Below are positions 1 through 11,202 of a DNA stretch of 45,516 nucleotides, piece after piece. The first letter of the stretch is position 1. Each line of letters opens with the position of its first letter. This DNA comes from Octopus bimaculoides (lineage: Eukaryota): positions 113,672,734 to 113,718,249 of the forward strand of contig NC_068982.1 of the NCBI RefSeq assembly GCF_001194135.2. Reading direction: 5' to 3'. A model generated the notes under the pieces. The model searched no databases. It saw only the letters and a list, made by a program, of their open reading frames with translations, and was not told the DNA's origin. The translations under genes and the position numbers were made by a program.

Positions 1-356
1 TATAATAAAAAGATATCTATCTATCTATCTATCTAGTTGACCCTGTTAGCTTTATTAAATTATTTACTATTTGCATTTTTAAATGTTGTTGTTGCTCTTG
101 ATTAGTTTTAATCAAGTAAGCTATGATTAAAAGCATCCCAGCTGTAACCATAAAGTCGTTTTGTATATACATTGCTACATTATTTCAGTATAGCCTTCTA
201 TCTGTACAATTGTAGAATGGAATTTGAGGAAAATTTGACTGCTATTTCTGTACAATGTTTCATGATTAGACCTTTGAATAACAGGTACACTCATCCAATT
301 TCACTCACAAGGCTTGGATCAACCGAGATTAGCCACATGGACACATACATATATGT

Positions 357-835
357 GTACAGGTATGGCTACGTGGTAAGAAATTTGTTTCCCAACCACA
401 TGGTCTCGTGTTCCATTACTTCAGCAAATGTCTTCTACTGTAGCCTGGAGTCTAGGACATTTACCCACCAATAGACAATAACCACTCCCCCCGCCAAGGA
501 CAATTACCCCTGAGGACAACAGATAATGATTTTTAAAAATTTTTGATACATTGGAGAGGGGATAATTAACCCAGCGGGGTAATTGTCCTAGAGGGTAGTT
601 GTCGTCGGGAGTAATTGTCCTGTGATTGGGGGGGGGGGGGGTTAATTGTCCTGATACAGTAGCCTAGGCTGACCAAAGTCTTGTGAGTGAATTTGACAGA
701 CAGAAGCTGAAAGAAGCACAGTGTGTTTGTGTGTGTGTGTGTGTGTGCTCACACATGCATATTTATATAGGTGTGTGTGTATCTATGTGCATGCATGTGT
801 ATGTATATATGTGTGTGCATGTGTTTGTGTGTGTG
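357..835 (+). mobile_element. tRNA-head SINE (family A, internal TG tract), interrupted by a MITE at 447-658
   Basis: 'gtggtaagaaatttgtttcccaaccacatgg...gtcttctactgtagcct' resumes after the insert as 'aggctgaccaaagtcttgtgagtgaatttg...gaagctgaaagaagc' + (TG)n. Collinear with copies at 33925 and 42490. Confidence 0.8.
447..658. mobile_element. Foldback MITE (non-autonomous DNA transposon)
   Basis: Left arm carries repeated AGGACAWTTACCC, right arm repeated GGGTAATTGTCCT (reverse complement). Flanked by direct repeat GTAGCCT (440-446, 659-665). It splits a SINE. Confidence 0.8.
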
Positions 836-894
836 ATTGTTACTGTCTCTTTTACTTAACATAGTGTGATAATTGTAAATGAGTGTAACTGTTG

Positions 895-1082
895 CCATGC
901 AACCAGAGCCCTTTGCTTTCCTTCTTCTCTGGAAGCATATCTAGACATTGGGAGATATTACCTTTCTTGCAAACATGTGAGATATGAGGGTTGGTGACAG
1001 GAAGTGTATCTGGCCTTTGAAAATCTGCTTTGATAAACTGTCTGATCCATAGAAACATGGAAAAGTTGGCATTAAAATGAAA
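895..1082 (+). mobile_element. Degenerate RTE-tail SINE/LINE 3' end
   Basis: 'gagggttggtgacaggaagtgtatctgg...aaaatctgc...catggaaaagttggcattaaaatga' matches the 3' tails at 15590-15700 and 29470-29610. Confidence 0.65.
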
Positions 1083-1404
1083 ATGTAGATATTTGTTCAT
1101 TTTGTGACCACTTTTCCATGTGGGAATAGGTTAAGGTGATCGTATTATTGAGGCATTGTTTTACACCCTGATGCCCTTTCTGTCACTAAGAATTATTTCT
1201 CAAGTAAGGAATCTATTTCATATGTCTTTGAAGGCATGATGTAAGTGAATAATGTGCTAATAGAAATGACAGTATTACTTGTAGGGAGCAACTTTCATAG
1301 AGCACGAATATAAAGAAATGCACAGACACATATACATCGCCTAGCCATGTATGTAGCTATATTATGTGTGTGATCTTTTGTATTTACCACTGTCAAGAGA
1401 TAAT

Positions 1405-1722
1405 GAAGTAGAATAAATTCAGATTATGCAATAGAAGTAGTTCTACAATGCAAACCTTATTGATATCACATACTTCACATATTTGTGTCATTTAAATGCC
1501 AAAAGCTGCAGTTTAACATCTGAGAAAATACTCTTTAAAGATATATAGGGTTAAAAAATATAATATACTTCAGAGCTAGGAGAAAAGCCTTTATGTCTCT
1601 AAAGGGAATTTTTCTGGATGATAAACTGCAGCTTCTGGTCTTCAAACAGCACAAGTATATTAAGTATGTAATATTGTAATATAGAGCTTCTTTTATTGCA
1701 TAATCTGAATTCATTCTACTTG
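1405..1722. repeat. Imperfect inverted repeat, with a third partial arm at 1929-2020
   Basis: 1407-1433 is the reverse complement of 1694-1720 at 26/27. 'ccaaaagctgcagttt' pairs with 'aaactgcagcttctgg'. Confidence 0.75.
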
Positions 1723-2824
1723 TGCAACACCATTGCTAATCAGCAAATAGTTTTTACATTATCTGTATATGCTTCCAGCTAGAAATTTAGATTTTGTTTC
1801 AGAAATGACTTGAACCAGCTATAATGATAAGCTGTAACTACAGCAAAATATGTATTTACTGCTCTCATGGCCACTACTGGAGTAATTTCATTTTGCCTTG
1901 CTGTGAAGTATGCTGTGCTTTTTAAATCTATATATCTTTAAAGGGAGTTTTCCTGGACAATAAACTGCAGCTTCTGTCATCTAAACAATATGTGTATGTT
2001 AAGTATGTTGTATTAGTAATGTTTAGATAATGATGTTTTACCTTCCTAATCACTCAAAATAATCTCTCTTGGGCATAAGCTTGGGTCATATGTATTGTTG
2101 ATTGCCCCAATGTCTGAATCATTTCATCCCCACTGATGTAATCCTAAGAAGTCCTGAGCAGTTTGTCTAGCATCAGTTTACAGCAGAAATTGTGAGAAAA
2201 GTGCTGAGTTCAACACCAGATTGCCTTAAAGGTCCTACTAAGGATTTTTTAAAGGTTTACTATCTAACTTTTGTCACATGAGGCAGCTTGGCTATTTACT
2301 CTAACTTGGAAATTCATATATGTAATGGAAATATGACCATTGCTTGTTAATGAGCTGCAAAATGAAGATGACTTTGTAGTCCCACTGATGATCTACAGTT
2401 TTTACCATAACTATCACATAAATGTCTCTTGTCAGTTAAATGCTATGCAGAAACATGTTGTTTGACAATGTGTGAAAGCATGCATCTCATCAAATCACAA
2501 ATGGAAAGAATATTTGTTATATGATTGGCAGATGTTCTTCCAAGTTGCATAGATTTGTTATTAGCATACTTTGGTTCATGTCACCATCAATGACTAACAA
2601 CACCTGTCATAAACAAACTCAGTAATAAGTTGAATACTTGAAGTGATAATAGATATCTATGGGATTTCTTTTCCTCTCATATCATTTAAATTTTGTATGC
2701 TTAGTACAATTAAGTATATTTTTCTCTCCATGATACCCCATCAATTGCATTTGTTCCCTAAGTTCTTCTTATGAATATTGACTTATATATTTAGATAAGA
2801 TTTAAGCCAGTCTTTGGATCATTG

Positions 2825-3030
2825 GTGTGTGGCTTAGTAGTTACAACATTAGGCTCACAGTTGTTAGGTCATTCTTGGGATGGGCATATATGATATGCCC
2901 ATTCTTGCGATGGGCATATGTCCTTGAGCAAGGCATTTCACTTCAAGTTATTCCAGTTTAATCAGCTGAAAGTTAGTTCCAGTGGTAGATGGGACTTAAC
3001 TCTGCAATAGACTGGGACCTTGTTCAGGGG
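2825..3030 (+). mobile_element. Degenerate tRNA-head SINE (family C)
   Basis: 'ggcttagtagtta...tgtccttgagcaaggcatttcacttc...ccagtttaatcagctg' resembles the copy at 5268. Confidence 0.6.
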
Positions 3031-3330
3031 CATTGAGTGTAATGCACACTCAATCACTTAAACATCTTATAGTAAAAGTATGTGTGTGTGTGTTTGTGCA
3101 TTTGTCTATTCATGTCTTTTCCTTGACAGTGCTTGGGCAATGACGACATCTGTTCATGTCCCACAGCTCAGTTGTTTCACATGTGAAAAAACACTGGAAT
3201 TAGGTACATTACTGGAAAACAAGTAAGAAACAAATCTAAGAAGGGCAACCAGCCACTGAATGCTGCCTCAAGAAGTCTCATGCAATTCATGCCAGCATGG
3301 AAAAAGTTGGCATAAAAACAGTGATAATGA

Positions 3331-3364
<34 letters not shown>

Positions 3365-4985
3365 ATGTGTGTGTGTGTGTGTGTGTGTGTACATGTGTGT
3401 GTGTGTGTGACTGATGTTTGATAACTGCATATTACATCACATGTACCCATTTAAGTATTTTTCATAGGTTGCACTCTGGTGATATAATAAAAATTATATA
3501 TAGAATGCAAAAATATTTCAATATGATTTCAGCATTTGAATTACTCAGCAAAAAACAAACTTTGCAATGTTCAAAATAGTTATTCCATGGGCAAAAGCTC
3601 TGATTGAAATCTGTTTGTTTATATGAATACATTTCTACATTTCTAGCAATAATAATAGCGCTAACCAACCAATTTATACACCATTGTTTGAAAGGAGAAA
3701 ATACTTAAATTAATCCACATTATGTTGATAAAATTGGCTGCTTTCTTTGTAGAACTGTCAACTATTTTAGAATTTTACTTTGTCTTCTCTCCAAACATTT
3801 TGGTTTCTATTTATTTACTGCAATTCAAGAAAATAGTCTACTTTTGAGATTTTCCTTTCTAAAAATGTTTGAATTGAAATAACTAATAAAAACATGATAG
3901 CTAAATCAATTTAGTTTTTATGCAAAAGAATTTCTATCCAAAACTATTTCCCTAAAATTAAGATAAAGAAAATCAACTTAGTTAAGAACAAAAATTATAC
4001 TATTGTTTTCTTCTTTTTTTTTTTTTTCCAAGACACTGGAATATTTTTGCAGTGAAATTGTTGATTCTTTACTTACTTTTGATACAGCAAGCTTTTTTTT
4101 CTTTTATATATATTTTTATAATGTTGGTCTTTTGCATTGTTGGTACTAAAAAAGCCTCTCTCTCTCTAATAACAAATAACTATAAGACTTTTAGAAGATT
4201 AAAAACTGACTTTATGTTCATGAGCCACATAATTAACATAATTCTGTATACAAAACACAAAAAATATTTTCTCACTGCACAACAAAATTCTTCAATACCA
4301 AAATACAAAAAAAGAAAAATATTGCTAAAAAGTTGTTCATGCTAAGAAACAAGTTAGCATTTTTATGATTAAAGACCTTTTGGTTTGTATAGGCTGTCAT
4401 ATAAACTTTTTGAATGGAGTCTATTTATTGCAAGACAAAAGTCTATGTAAAGCAATCGTTTATTATTATTGGTTATTCAATAAGTTATGATAATATGAAA
4501 ATAGGACTGAATAGCTTCAATTAGAAGGAACACAACAGGAATACTTGTGAAGCTTGTGAAAGAAAGCTATTGGGTCAAATTTTCTTTTTTCTTTATGCTT
4601 GTGGAAAAGTAGAGCCAACAATTTTGTGTTCACTAACAATAGAAGTGATCTTGAAATGTGGATTAAAGTTCTGGAGAAAAATACCAGGAATTAGCTTTTA
4701 TATAATCCTTGGTAAACCTCATTGCAATGTCTCTCTCTATGAAAATTTCTCTTCCTCTTCACTATTCATGAGAATAGTTTTTTTTAATAAACTCATCAGA
4801 AAAGGAGATTCAACACCCTATAGAGTGTGCTGGGTGCATCTTATTGTGATACCAGCACTTGTAAGGTGGCTTTGTACACCTTTAAGCTATAAAATCTTCA
4901 CTACTTTATGTTGCATCTGTTCATTCATGGTATTGTGTCTTTAAAGGGTGAACAGAAATGGTAATGATGGCAGAAGGAGAGCAAG

Positions 4986-5042
4986 GGAAAGAGAGTGAAA
5001 GAAAAGAGAGTGAAAGAAAAGAGAGTGAAAGAAAAGAGAGTA
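4986..5042. repeat. 15-bp tandem repeat (GAAAAGAGAGTGAAA), about 3.5 copies
   Basis: Read directly from the sequence. Confidence 0.85.
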
Positions 5043-5267
5043 TGACAGGAGAAACAAAGTGATTGGAATAAGAGACTAGTAGAAAGGGAATAAATGAAAA
5101 TGTGACACTGGTAGTAGCTACATTGTTTCAATGTTTGTTTTGCTATACTTGCATGGATGGGCATGTCTTCTCCACATGTTGCCAAACATTATGGTGTTTT
5201 CTTTTAACCCCTTCTTAAGACTCAGTATCTTGAGATCAGTTTTCATAATTTCATTCTTTGTGAAGGT

Positions 5268-5600
5268 ACATGGCTCAGTGGTTAGAGCATTGGGCTTACA
5301 ATCTTGAGGTAGTAAGTTTGATTCCTCGACTGGGCTGTGTTGTGTTCTCGAGCAAGACACTTTATTTCACATTGCTCCAGTTCATTCAGCTGTAGAAATG
5401 AGTTTTGATGTCACTGGTGCCAATCTGCATCGGCCGTTGCCTTTCTCTTGGATAACATCGGTAGCATGTAGAGGGGCGGCTGGTATGCATGGGAAACTGC
5501 TGGTCTTCCATAAACAACCTTGCACAGACTTGTACCTCAGAGGGGAACTTTCTAAGTGCAACCCTATGGTCATTCATGACCAAAGGAGGTCTTTTTCTTT
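5268..5600 (+). mobile_element. Near-complete tRNA-derived SINE (family C)
   Basis: Pol III A-box-like 'ggctcagtggttagag' and B-box-like 'gtttgattcc', followed by 'gtgttctcgagcaagacactttatttcac' and a unique body. Confidence 0.8.
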
Positions 5601-6956
5601 TCACTTCATCCTTCCCTTTTCTCCACAAGTTTCATCCACTTTGAGTGTAAAGCACTAAATATGAAATGAAATGTGTGTGTTACCAGCTCACGCTCTTCTG
5701 TTCGTCAGGCTGAGAGAAGTAAACTGTCAAGGTATCAGTCACTGTCTGACTGGTTCATGGTTGAGCCTGTGGCAGTGGAGAATTCTGGTGTTCTTGACAC
5801 CCAGACCATATCTCTGCTCACTGCTATCAGAGTGAAGTTGGCTGTCGGCAAGTGCAAGTCCTGTGAGCCAAAGTGACTGTTCCAGTGCATCTTCTTTGCT
5901 ATCCTCCAGAGCAACACCTTTCCGTTTTGTCTGCTGGGACCATGAAATAGTCTGACATACAGGAAATTGTATGTTCCACTCCTTAATGCAAAGTTACTTC
6001 ATATATTTAAGCTTCTTTATAAATATCCATTTCTTATTAATTTACACACAATGACAGATCAGTCTCTTAAATGATGAGTTACCATGCATTTGGTTGATCT
6101 GGTCAACCTAGGACTAAACAACTGAATATTAATGATATTAAATTTGTTCCATTAATATCAGTGTACATTTAAAAAATGGTTATAAGCTTTGTTGCTTCTC
6201 TTTTTCTCCCCCCCCCCACTCTCTCTCTTTCTCACTCTTGGTTTTTTTCCTCTTTTTTAGAAAAGAAAGAATTTTCAAAATTCAGTATTAAAATTTGAAA
6301 GATGTGCTTGGGATCTATCTATAATGGTTGACTGTAACTTTCTAAAGCAATCTAAATGTAAGAATTATAAACATCCTGTTAAAACATCTACTCACTTCGT
6401 ATCTAAACTCATTCTGCAAAGAATGGAGAATTTTACTTTTATAGTTATATACTCTATCCTTCTCAGTTATTAGTTCAAAACTGATATCTGAAAGACTAGA
6501 TTCATGCTAGCCAGTGTGAGGCTATCTGAGTAGTCAATTAGTCTCCTGAAAACAATAAGCAAATCTCTTGCAAATTATATTGTCACATTGCAACATATGA
6601 AAACACAATGACTCGTTAGATAATATAGTGTTAGAAACACTGAGTCTGGAAGAAAGATGCAATAGACACAACAGGAATGCCTTTGGTTATGTCTCCCTGA
6701 TCAGCTTTGGTTTAAAGTTAAGCCACAACTTGACTTCATGCTCTACTTCTGACAGCAATTATGAAAGCAGATTAGCCTTGATTAATCCTTATAAAATTAG
6801 AAAAAAATTTGCTTTCTAATGTACTGAATAATGTGATCTTCTTTATAGCTGGCTAATATTTATGAATGAATTTGTAAGGGCTAAACGATAAGCTCTCTGT
6901 GTATTGAAGGTGAAATAAATATATATATCATCTATATATATAAAAATGAGAATGTG

Positions 6957-6995
<39 letters not shown>

Positions 6996-7519
6996 NNNNN
7001 NNNNNNNNNNNNNNNNNNNNNNNNNNNNNNNNNNNNNNNNNNNNNNNNNNNNNNNNNNNNNNNNNNNNNNNNNNNNNNNNNNNNNNNNNNNNNNNNNNNN
7101 NNNNNNNNNNNNNNNNNNNNNNNNNNNNNNNNNNNNNNNNNNNNNNNNNNNNNNNNNNNNNNNNNNNNNNNNNNNNNNNNNNNNNNNNNNNNNNNNNNNN
7201 NNNNNNNNNNNNNNNNNNNNNNNNNNNNNNNNNNNNNNNNNNNNNNNNNNNNNNNNNNNNNNNNNNNNNNNNNNNNNNNNNNNNNNNNNNNNNNNNNNNN
7301 NNNNNNNNNNNNNNNNNNNNNNNNNNNNNNNNNNNNNNNNNNNNNNNNNNNNNNNNNNNNNNNNNNNNNNNNNNNNNNNNNNNNNNNNNNNNNNNNNNNN
7401 NNNNNNNNNNNNNNNNNNNNNNNNNNNNNNNNNNNNNNNNNNNNNNNNNNNNNNNNNNNNNNNNNNNNNNNNNNNNNNNNNNNNNNNNNNNNNNNNNNNN
7501 NNNNNNNNNNNNNNNNNNN
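6996..7519. other. Assembly gap
   Basis: N run. Other gaps: 22304-22466, 23800-23809, 32362-32422, 34145-34270. Confidence 1.
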
Positions 7520-7520
7520 G

Positions 7521-7647
7521 GAAGAGCCCTGCTTCTCACATGGACAACTGTATGTTGGCTGCTCAAGAGTGGGCAGCAACAAAAAACCTATTTGTATATG
7601 CTCCACAAGGGAAAACAAGGAACATAGTTTACAATGAGGTGTTATAA
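7521..7647 (+). pseudogene. Helitron helicase C-terminal fragment, frameshifted
   Basis: FSHGQLYVxxSRV motif and terminal KTRNIVYNEVL*. Confidence 0.85.
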
Positions 7648-7766
7648 TCACAACAGCAAGAAAGTATGTACATGATCACCTTCTTTTACGAAACTTCATT
7701 GACCTTCATATATTTATATTGATATACATATATATACGTGTGTTTGGGTGCGTGTGTGTATATACA

Positions 7767-7857
7767 TCTCTATATATAAAGATGATGCGTAGTCTAGACG
7801 GCGTTTTTAGATTTCATTATTCTCTTTAACCCGGGCAACGCCGGGTATTTCTGCTAG
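7767..7857 (+). mobile_element. 91-bp mini-Helitron
   Basis: Starts TC after A (7766), has the ACCCGG-gcaacg-CCGGGT hairpin (7829-7846), ends CTAG followed by T (7858). CpGs are intact. Confidence 0.8.
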
Positions 7858-8919
7858 TTATACTATAGTTATACTACAGGATACCATTAGCGAGATAGGA
7901 ATTACAGACAAATAATAAAAAAAAAAAATTTTTAAACCAAAGGAAGAAGAGATTTTGTCAATGATTTAGCACTAGTTTTCAATGTAATGCATACATTATC
8001 TGTTCTTCACATATATATTCCTTTTAAATGGAAATTCCCTACTAAAAGTTAAGCTCTGCAAGAATTTGATGAAAGTTAAAAGCTTTGCACGATTTCATTT
8101 GTGACATTTCCTATGTTAGTTCAATAACCTCTTTGCATGTCTAAATTCAAATTCTTCAGTATTTTTCTGATATCTTTTATTAGATTTGGTAACATTTTCA
8201 TATTGAGTAATATCTGTAGATCTTTATCTGTTGAGTCAAATATAATTACAATATATAATTTTAACATTATATGGAAAACAAGCACATAACACAAATGAAA
8301 AATTGTATTGAATGTATTTTAAAACTTAACTGTACTGACAATGAATCTTAGACATTTTAGGATTAATTGTGATTATCTATTCTTTAACACACACACACAC
8401 ACACATATATATATGCGGCCTTATTAATTTCTTTCTCTCATGATATACTCTGGATCAATATAACTTATCATCTAATATTGTTTAGTATTAGTGTAACTTG
8501 AATAATCCAGACTGTAAGTTTAAAACTCTTTTTAAAGAATAAAAGAAATGTCAAATGTTTGATCTTTAAATATTTATCTCTTTTGCATCTCAAGGTGGTA
8601 AATTTGTATTTAAAAAAATATGAATTTATAATGTATCTTTTTGTGTGATTCTTGCATTCCATAAGGTTATTAACAGATGGGAAAACAACATTCTTTTAAA
8701 AAATATAATTTTGAAATTATTAGCAAGAACAAAATTTTGACAAAACTTGTAAATTTTATTGATTTTTTTTTTCCTTATATTTTTCTTGCTTTAAATTTGA
8801 TAATGTTATATTTTGTAAAAGTTAAATTTGGTACAAATTTCATGAAGTAAAATGTATGATGTTAAAGTGTTCATTGCTCTTTCTGAAACCATAAATGATA
8901 ATTCTGTCTGTCTTTTACA

Positions 8920-9390
8920 TAAACTGTCATCTTCCTTTATGGTAGAGAAGCCATCAATTTTCCTGATGGTACATAAACCATCACCTCTTCTTGTGGTAGA
9001 TCATGTCTGGTAAGTTCATTGTCATCAATTCACCACAGAGAAAGTTTACCATCATCAATTCACTTGTTTTTTTTTTCTGTAAAATAGTTTTTAACTATAA
9101 ATGGTGAGATACTATGGATATATTTTCTTGGTAAACTTTCCTCACAGTGAACTTTCTCATGGTGAACTTTCTTCATGGTAAATTGATGGCAGTGAATTTA
9201 CCTGTAGTCATGGCAAATAAACCATTAACTCTCTTGATGTTACATAAACAATCACCTCCTCTTATGGTAGATAAAACAGCAACTCTCTTGGTATTACATA
9301 AACCATCACTTCTCCCTATGGTAGATAAACCATCATATCTCCTAATGTTATATAAGCTGACACCTCACCTCATGGTACATTGGTCTTTCT
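8920..9390 (+). repeat. 27-bp minisatellite array (left arm of a foldback)
   Basis: Consecutive 27-bp units at 9218, 9245, 9272, 9299, 9326, 9353, e.g. taaaccatcacttctccctatggtaga. Confidence 0.85.
9007..9204. mobile_element. Foldback MITE nested in the minisatellite
   Basis: 24-bp TIRs (9007-9030 versus the reverse complement of 9181-9204, 20/24). Internal repeated GGTGAACTTT/AATTCACC motifs lie in mirror orientation. No clear TSD. Confidence 0.7.
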
Positions 9391-9649
9391 AAAACCATTA
9401 ATAATAATCCTGAACCTTTTTATTATTACCTACATTAAGTAAAAAGCAACACATTTATCCACTGGCAATGAGAAGCTGATTATTGTCAAGATCAACTTTG
9501 TCACTTAGCATTTTGGGTTTGATGAAATAAGTACTATATTGAGATTGATAAAATAATTGTCAGATAAGTATAGAACCAATTAATAAACTATTCTCATCCT
9601 TTCAGGTTTGTTGTTTGTGTCAGCATAAGAAATCATTAAAATTACATAA

Positions 9650-9970
9650 GTTTATGTAACATGAGGAGAGTTTATGCACCATAAAAAAAGGCAATGGTTT
9701 TTGTAGCACGAGGTTTAGATACCAGAAGAGGAAGTAATGGTTTATGTAACATGAGAAGTGAAGGTTTATCTACTATAAGGAAAGATGATGGTTTATGTGC
9801 TATGAAGAGAAGTTTATGGAATGTGATATGAGGGTAGGTGATAGTTTCTGAACCAAAAGGAGAACTAATAGATCATGTATGATAAGATGAGGTGATGGTT
9901 CATGTGTGATAAGAAGAGGTGATATTTCCATACAACAGAAGTGATTTATATATTGTAAAATGATGGTTCA
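9650..9970 (-). repeat. Reverse-complement copy of the 27-bp minisatellite (right arm)
   Basis: Units such as 'tgtaacatgagaagtgaaggttta' and 'tctactataaggaaagatgatggttta' are reverse complements of left-arm units. Confidence 0.8.
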
Positions 9971-10707
9971 CATTAGCCATCACCTCTTCTTATGACAGGA
10001 GATGGAAGAGTGATGTTTTATGATAGGTCATGAGAAAACATGGTGGTTTGTGTTTATAAGCGAACACCAGAGAAATGAGAAGAGAGCAGCTTAAAATATC
10101 ACATCTTCTCATAGTACATAAACATATTTCATTTTACAAATGTTAACTGTTGCTTTTTGGTGATTCAGACTATCATTAGTTGTCTTGGACTTTATTTATT
10201 TCTATTTATCTTAAATTATTTACGTTAGGGTAGTGAAATGACACAAATGGATAGAGCTAATATGAGTTTCTTACTGTATATATTCTATTTCATTATGATT
10301 TCGGTATCACTGGAATTAACTTTCATTCTTCCTTGATTGATAAAATAAGAATTACTTTTGCATCAGAGTGTAAATATATGTTCTAATGCTAAGACAAATC
10401 ATTATTTCAGATTTAGCGAACTGAATTGAAGAGATGATAATTCCTAACAAAATTATCTCATTTTGTTGATCCGTTTTAAGTTCAAATTCTTCCAAAGCAA
10501 ATATTATATTTCATCACACTGAGGTTGAAAAACAATCTATATATTTCTACAGCAGTACCTTTCTATATACTTACCTTACCTACCTTTTATGTCATAATCT
10601 ACACTATGGAACTAAATTGAAGACATAATCTATTAGACGCACATCATTTATATACCTCTACTAGAGATATTCATAAGACTGATAAGTAGATATTTAAAAT
10701 TAAGTAT

Positions 10708-10749
<42 letters not shown>

Positions 10750-11202
10750 ATAATTATAAACATTTAGAATATGGAGACTTGTACATCCTCAAGATTTATT
10801 TCCTCTTAATTTATAATTACATACAGCGTATTTTTATGATTGTTATGACCTACATATGTTTCCACTGTACAAAATATGGGCAGCTGCACATGCATCTGGG
10901 CTTGATTTTCTGTGCAGCTTTTTCAGGGTCTGTGCACTTGGCTAGAGGATGAACAAGTTGCCATATTGTATATTGTTATAATTATTGCCAATATACACTC
11001 AAGATTATATTACCATCCAGATACGTGAACAGAGAATTACTCATTGGAAGAATTTACAGCATGACTGATAACTAATAGTAGTCATTGACATTTAATACAA
11101 ATTGATGAGGTTGGCTGTAACCTGGAGCATAACTGAGTATCACCATGGTATCCACCCACATAATATATCCCTCCAAACTCATACTATATATATATATATA
11201 TA

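Larger units (their letters stand above)
6931..7857 (+). mobile_element. Helitron-like element spanning a gap, retaining the RepHel helicase C-terminus
   Basis: 5' A|TCTATATATATAAAAATGAGAATG + (TCTG)n. After the gap, EEPCFSHGQLYVGCSRVG and then (frameshift in an A-run) NLFVYAPQGKTRNIVYNEVL*, the typical Helitron Pif1-type helicase end. 3' hairpin + CTAG at 7829-7857. Confidence 0.8.

Noticed and set aside
4052-4944. Hydrophobic 97- and 124-aa ORFs
   Set aside because: F/I/L/K-rich translations typical of AT-rich non-coding DNA.
5268-5345. tRNA gene
   Set aside because: A/B boxes are present, but no complete cloverleaf or terminator, and it runs into a SINE body. The same applies to the other SINE heads.
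6928-7651. Five long ORFs of 212-239 aa
   Set aside because: They are open only because of the N gap; only the helicase stub is real.
9147-9392. 81-aa periodic ORF as a protein-coding gene
   Set aside because: It is explained by a 27-bp repeat that lacks stops in one frame, and it starts inside a MITE. Kept only as part of the foldback finding.
8920-9970. CRISPR-like array
   Set aside because: Degenerate contiguous units with no unique spacers, in a eukaryotic context, with no cas genes.
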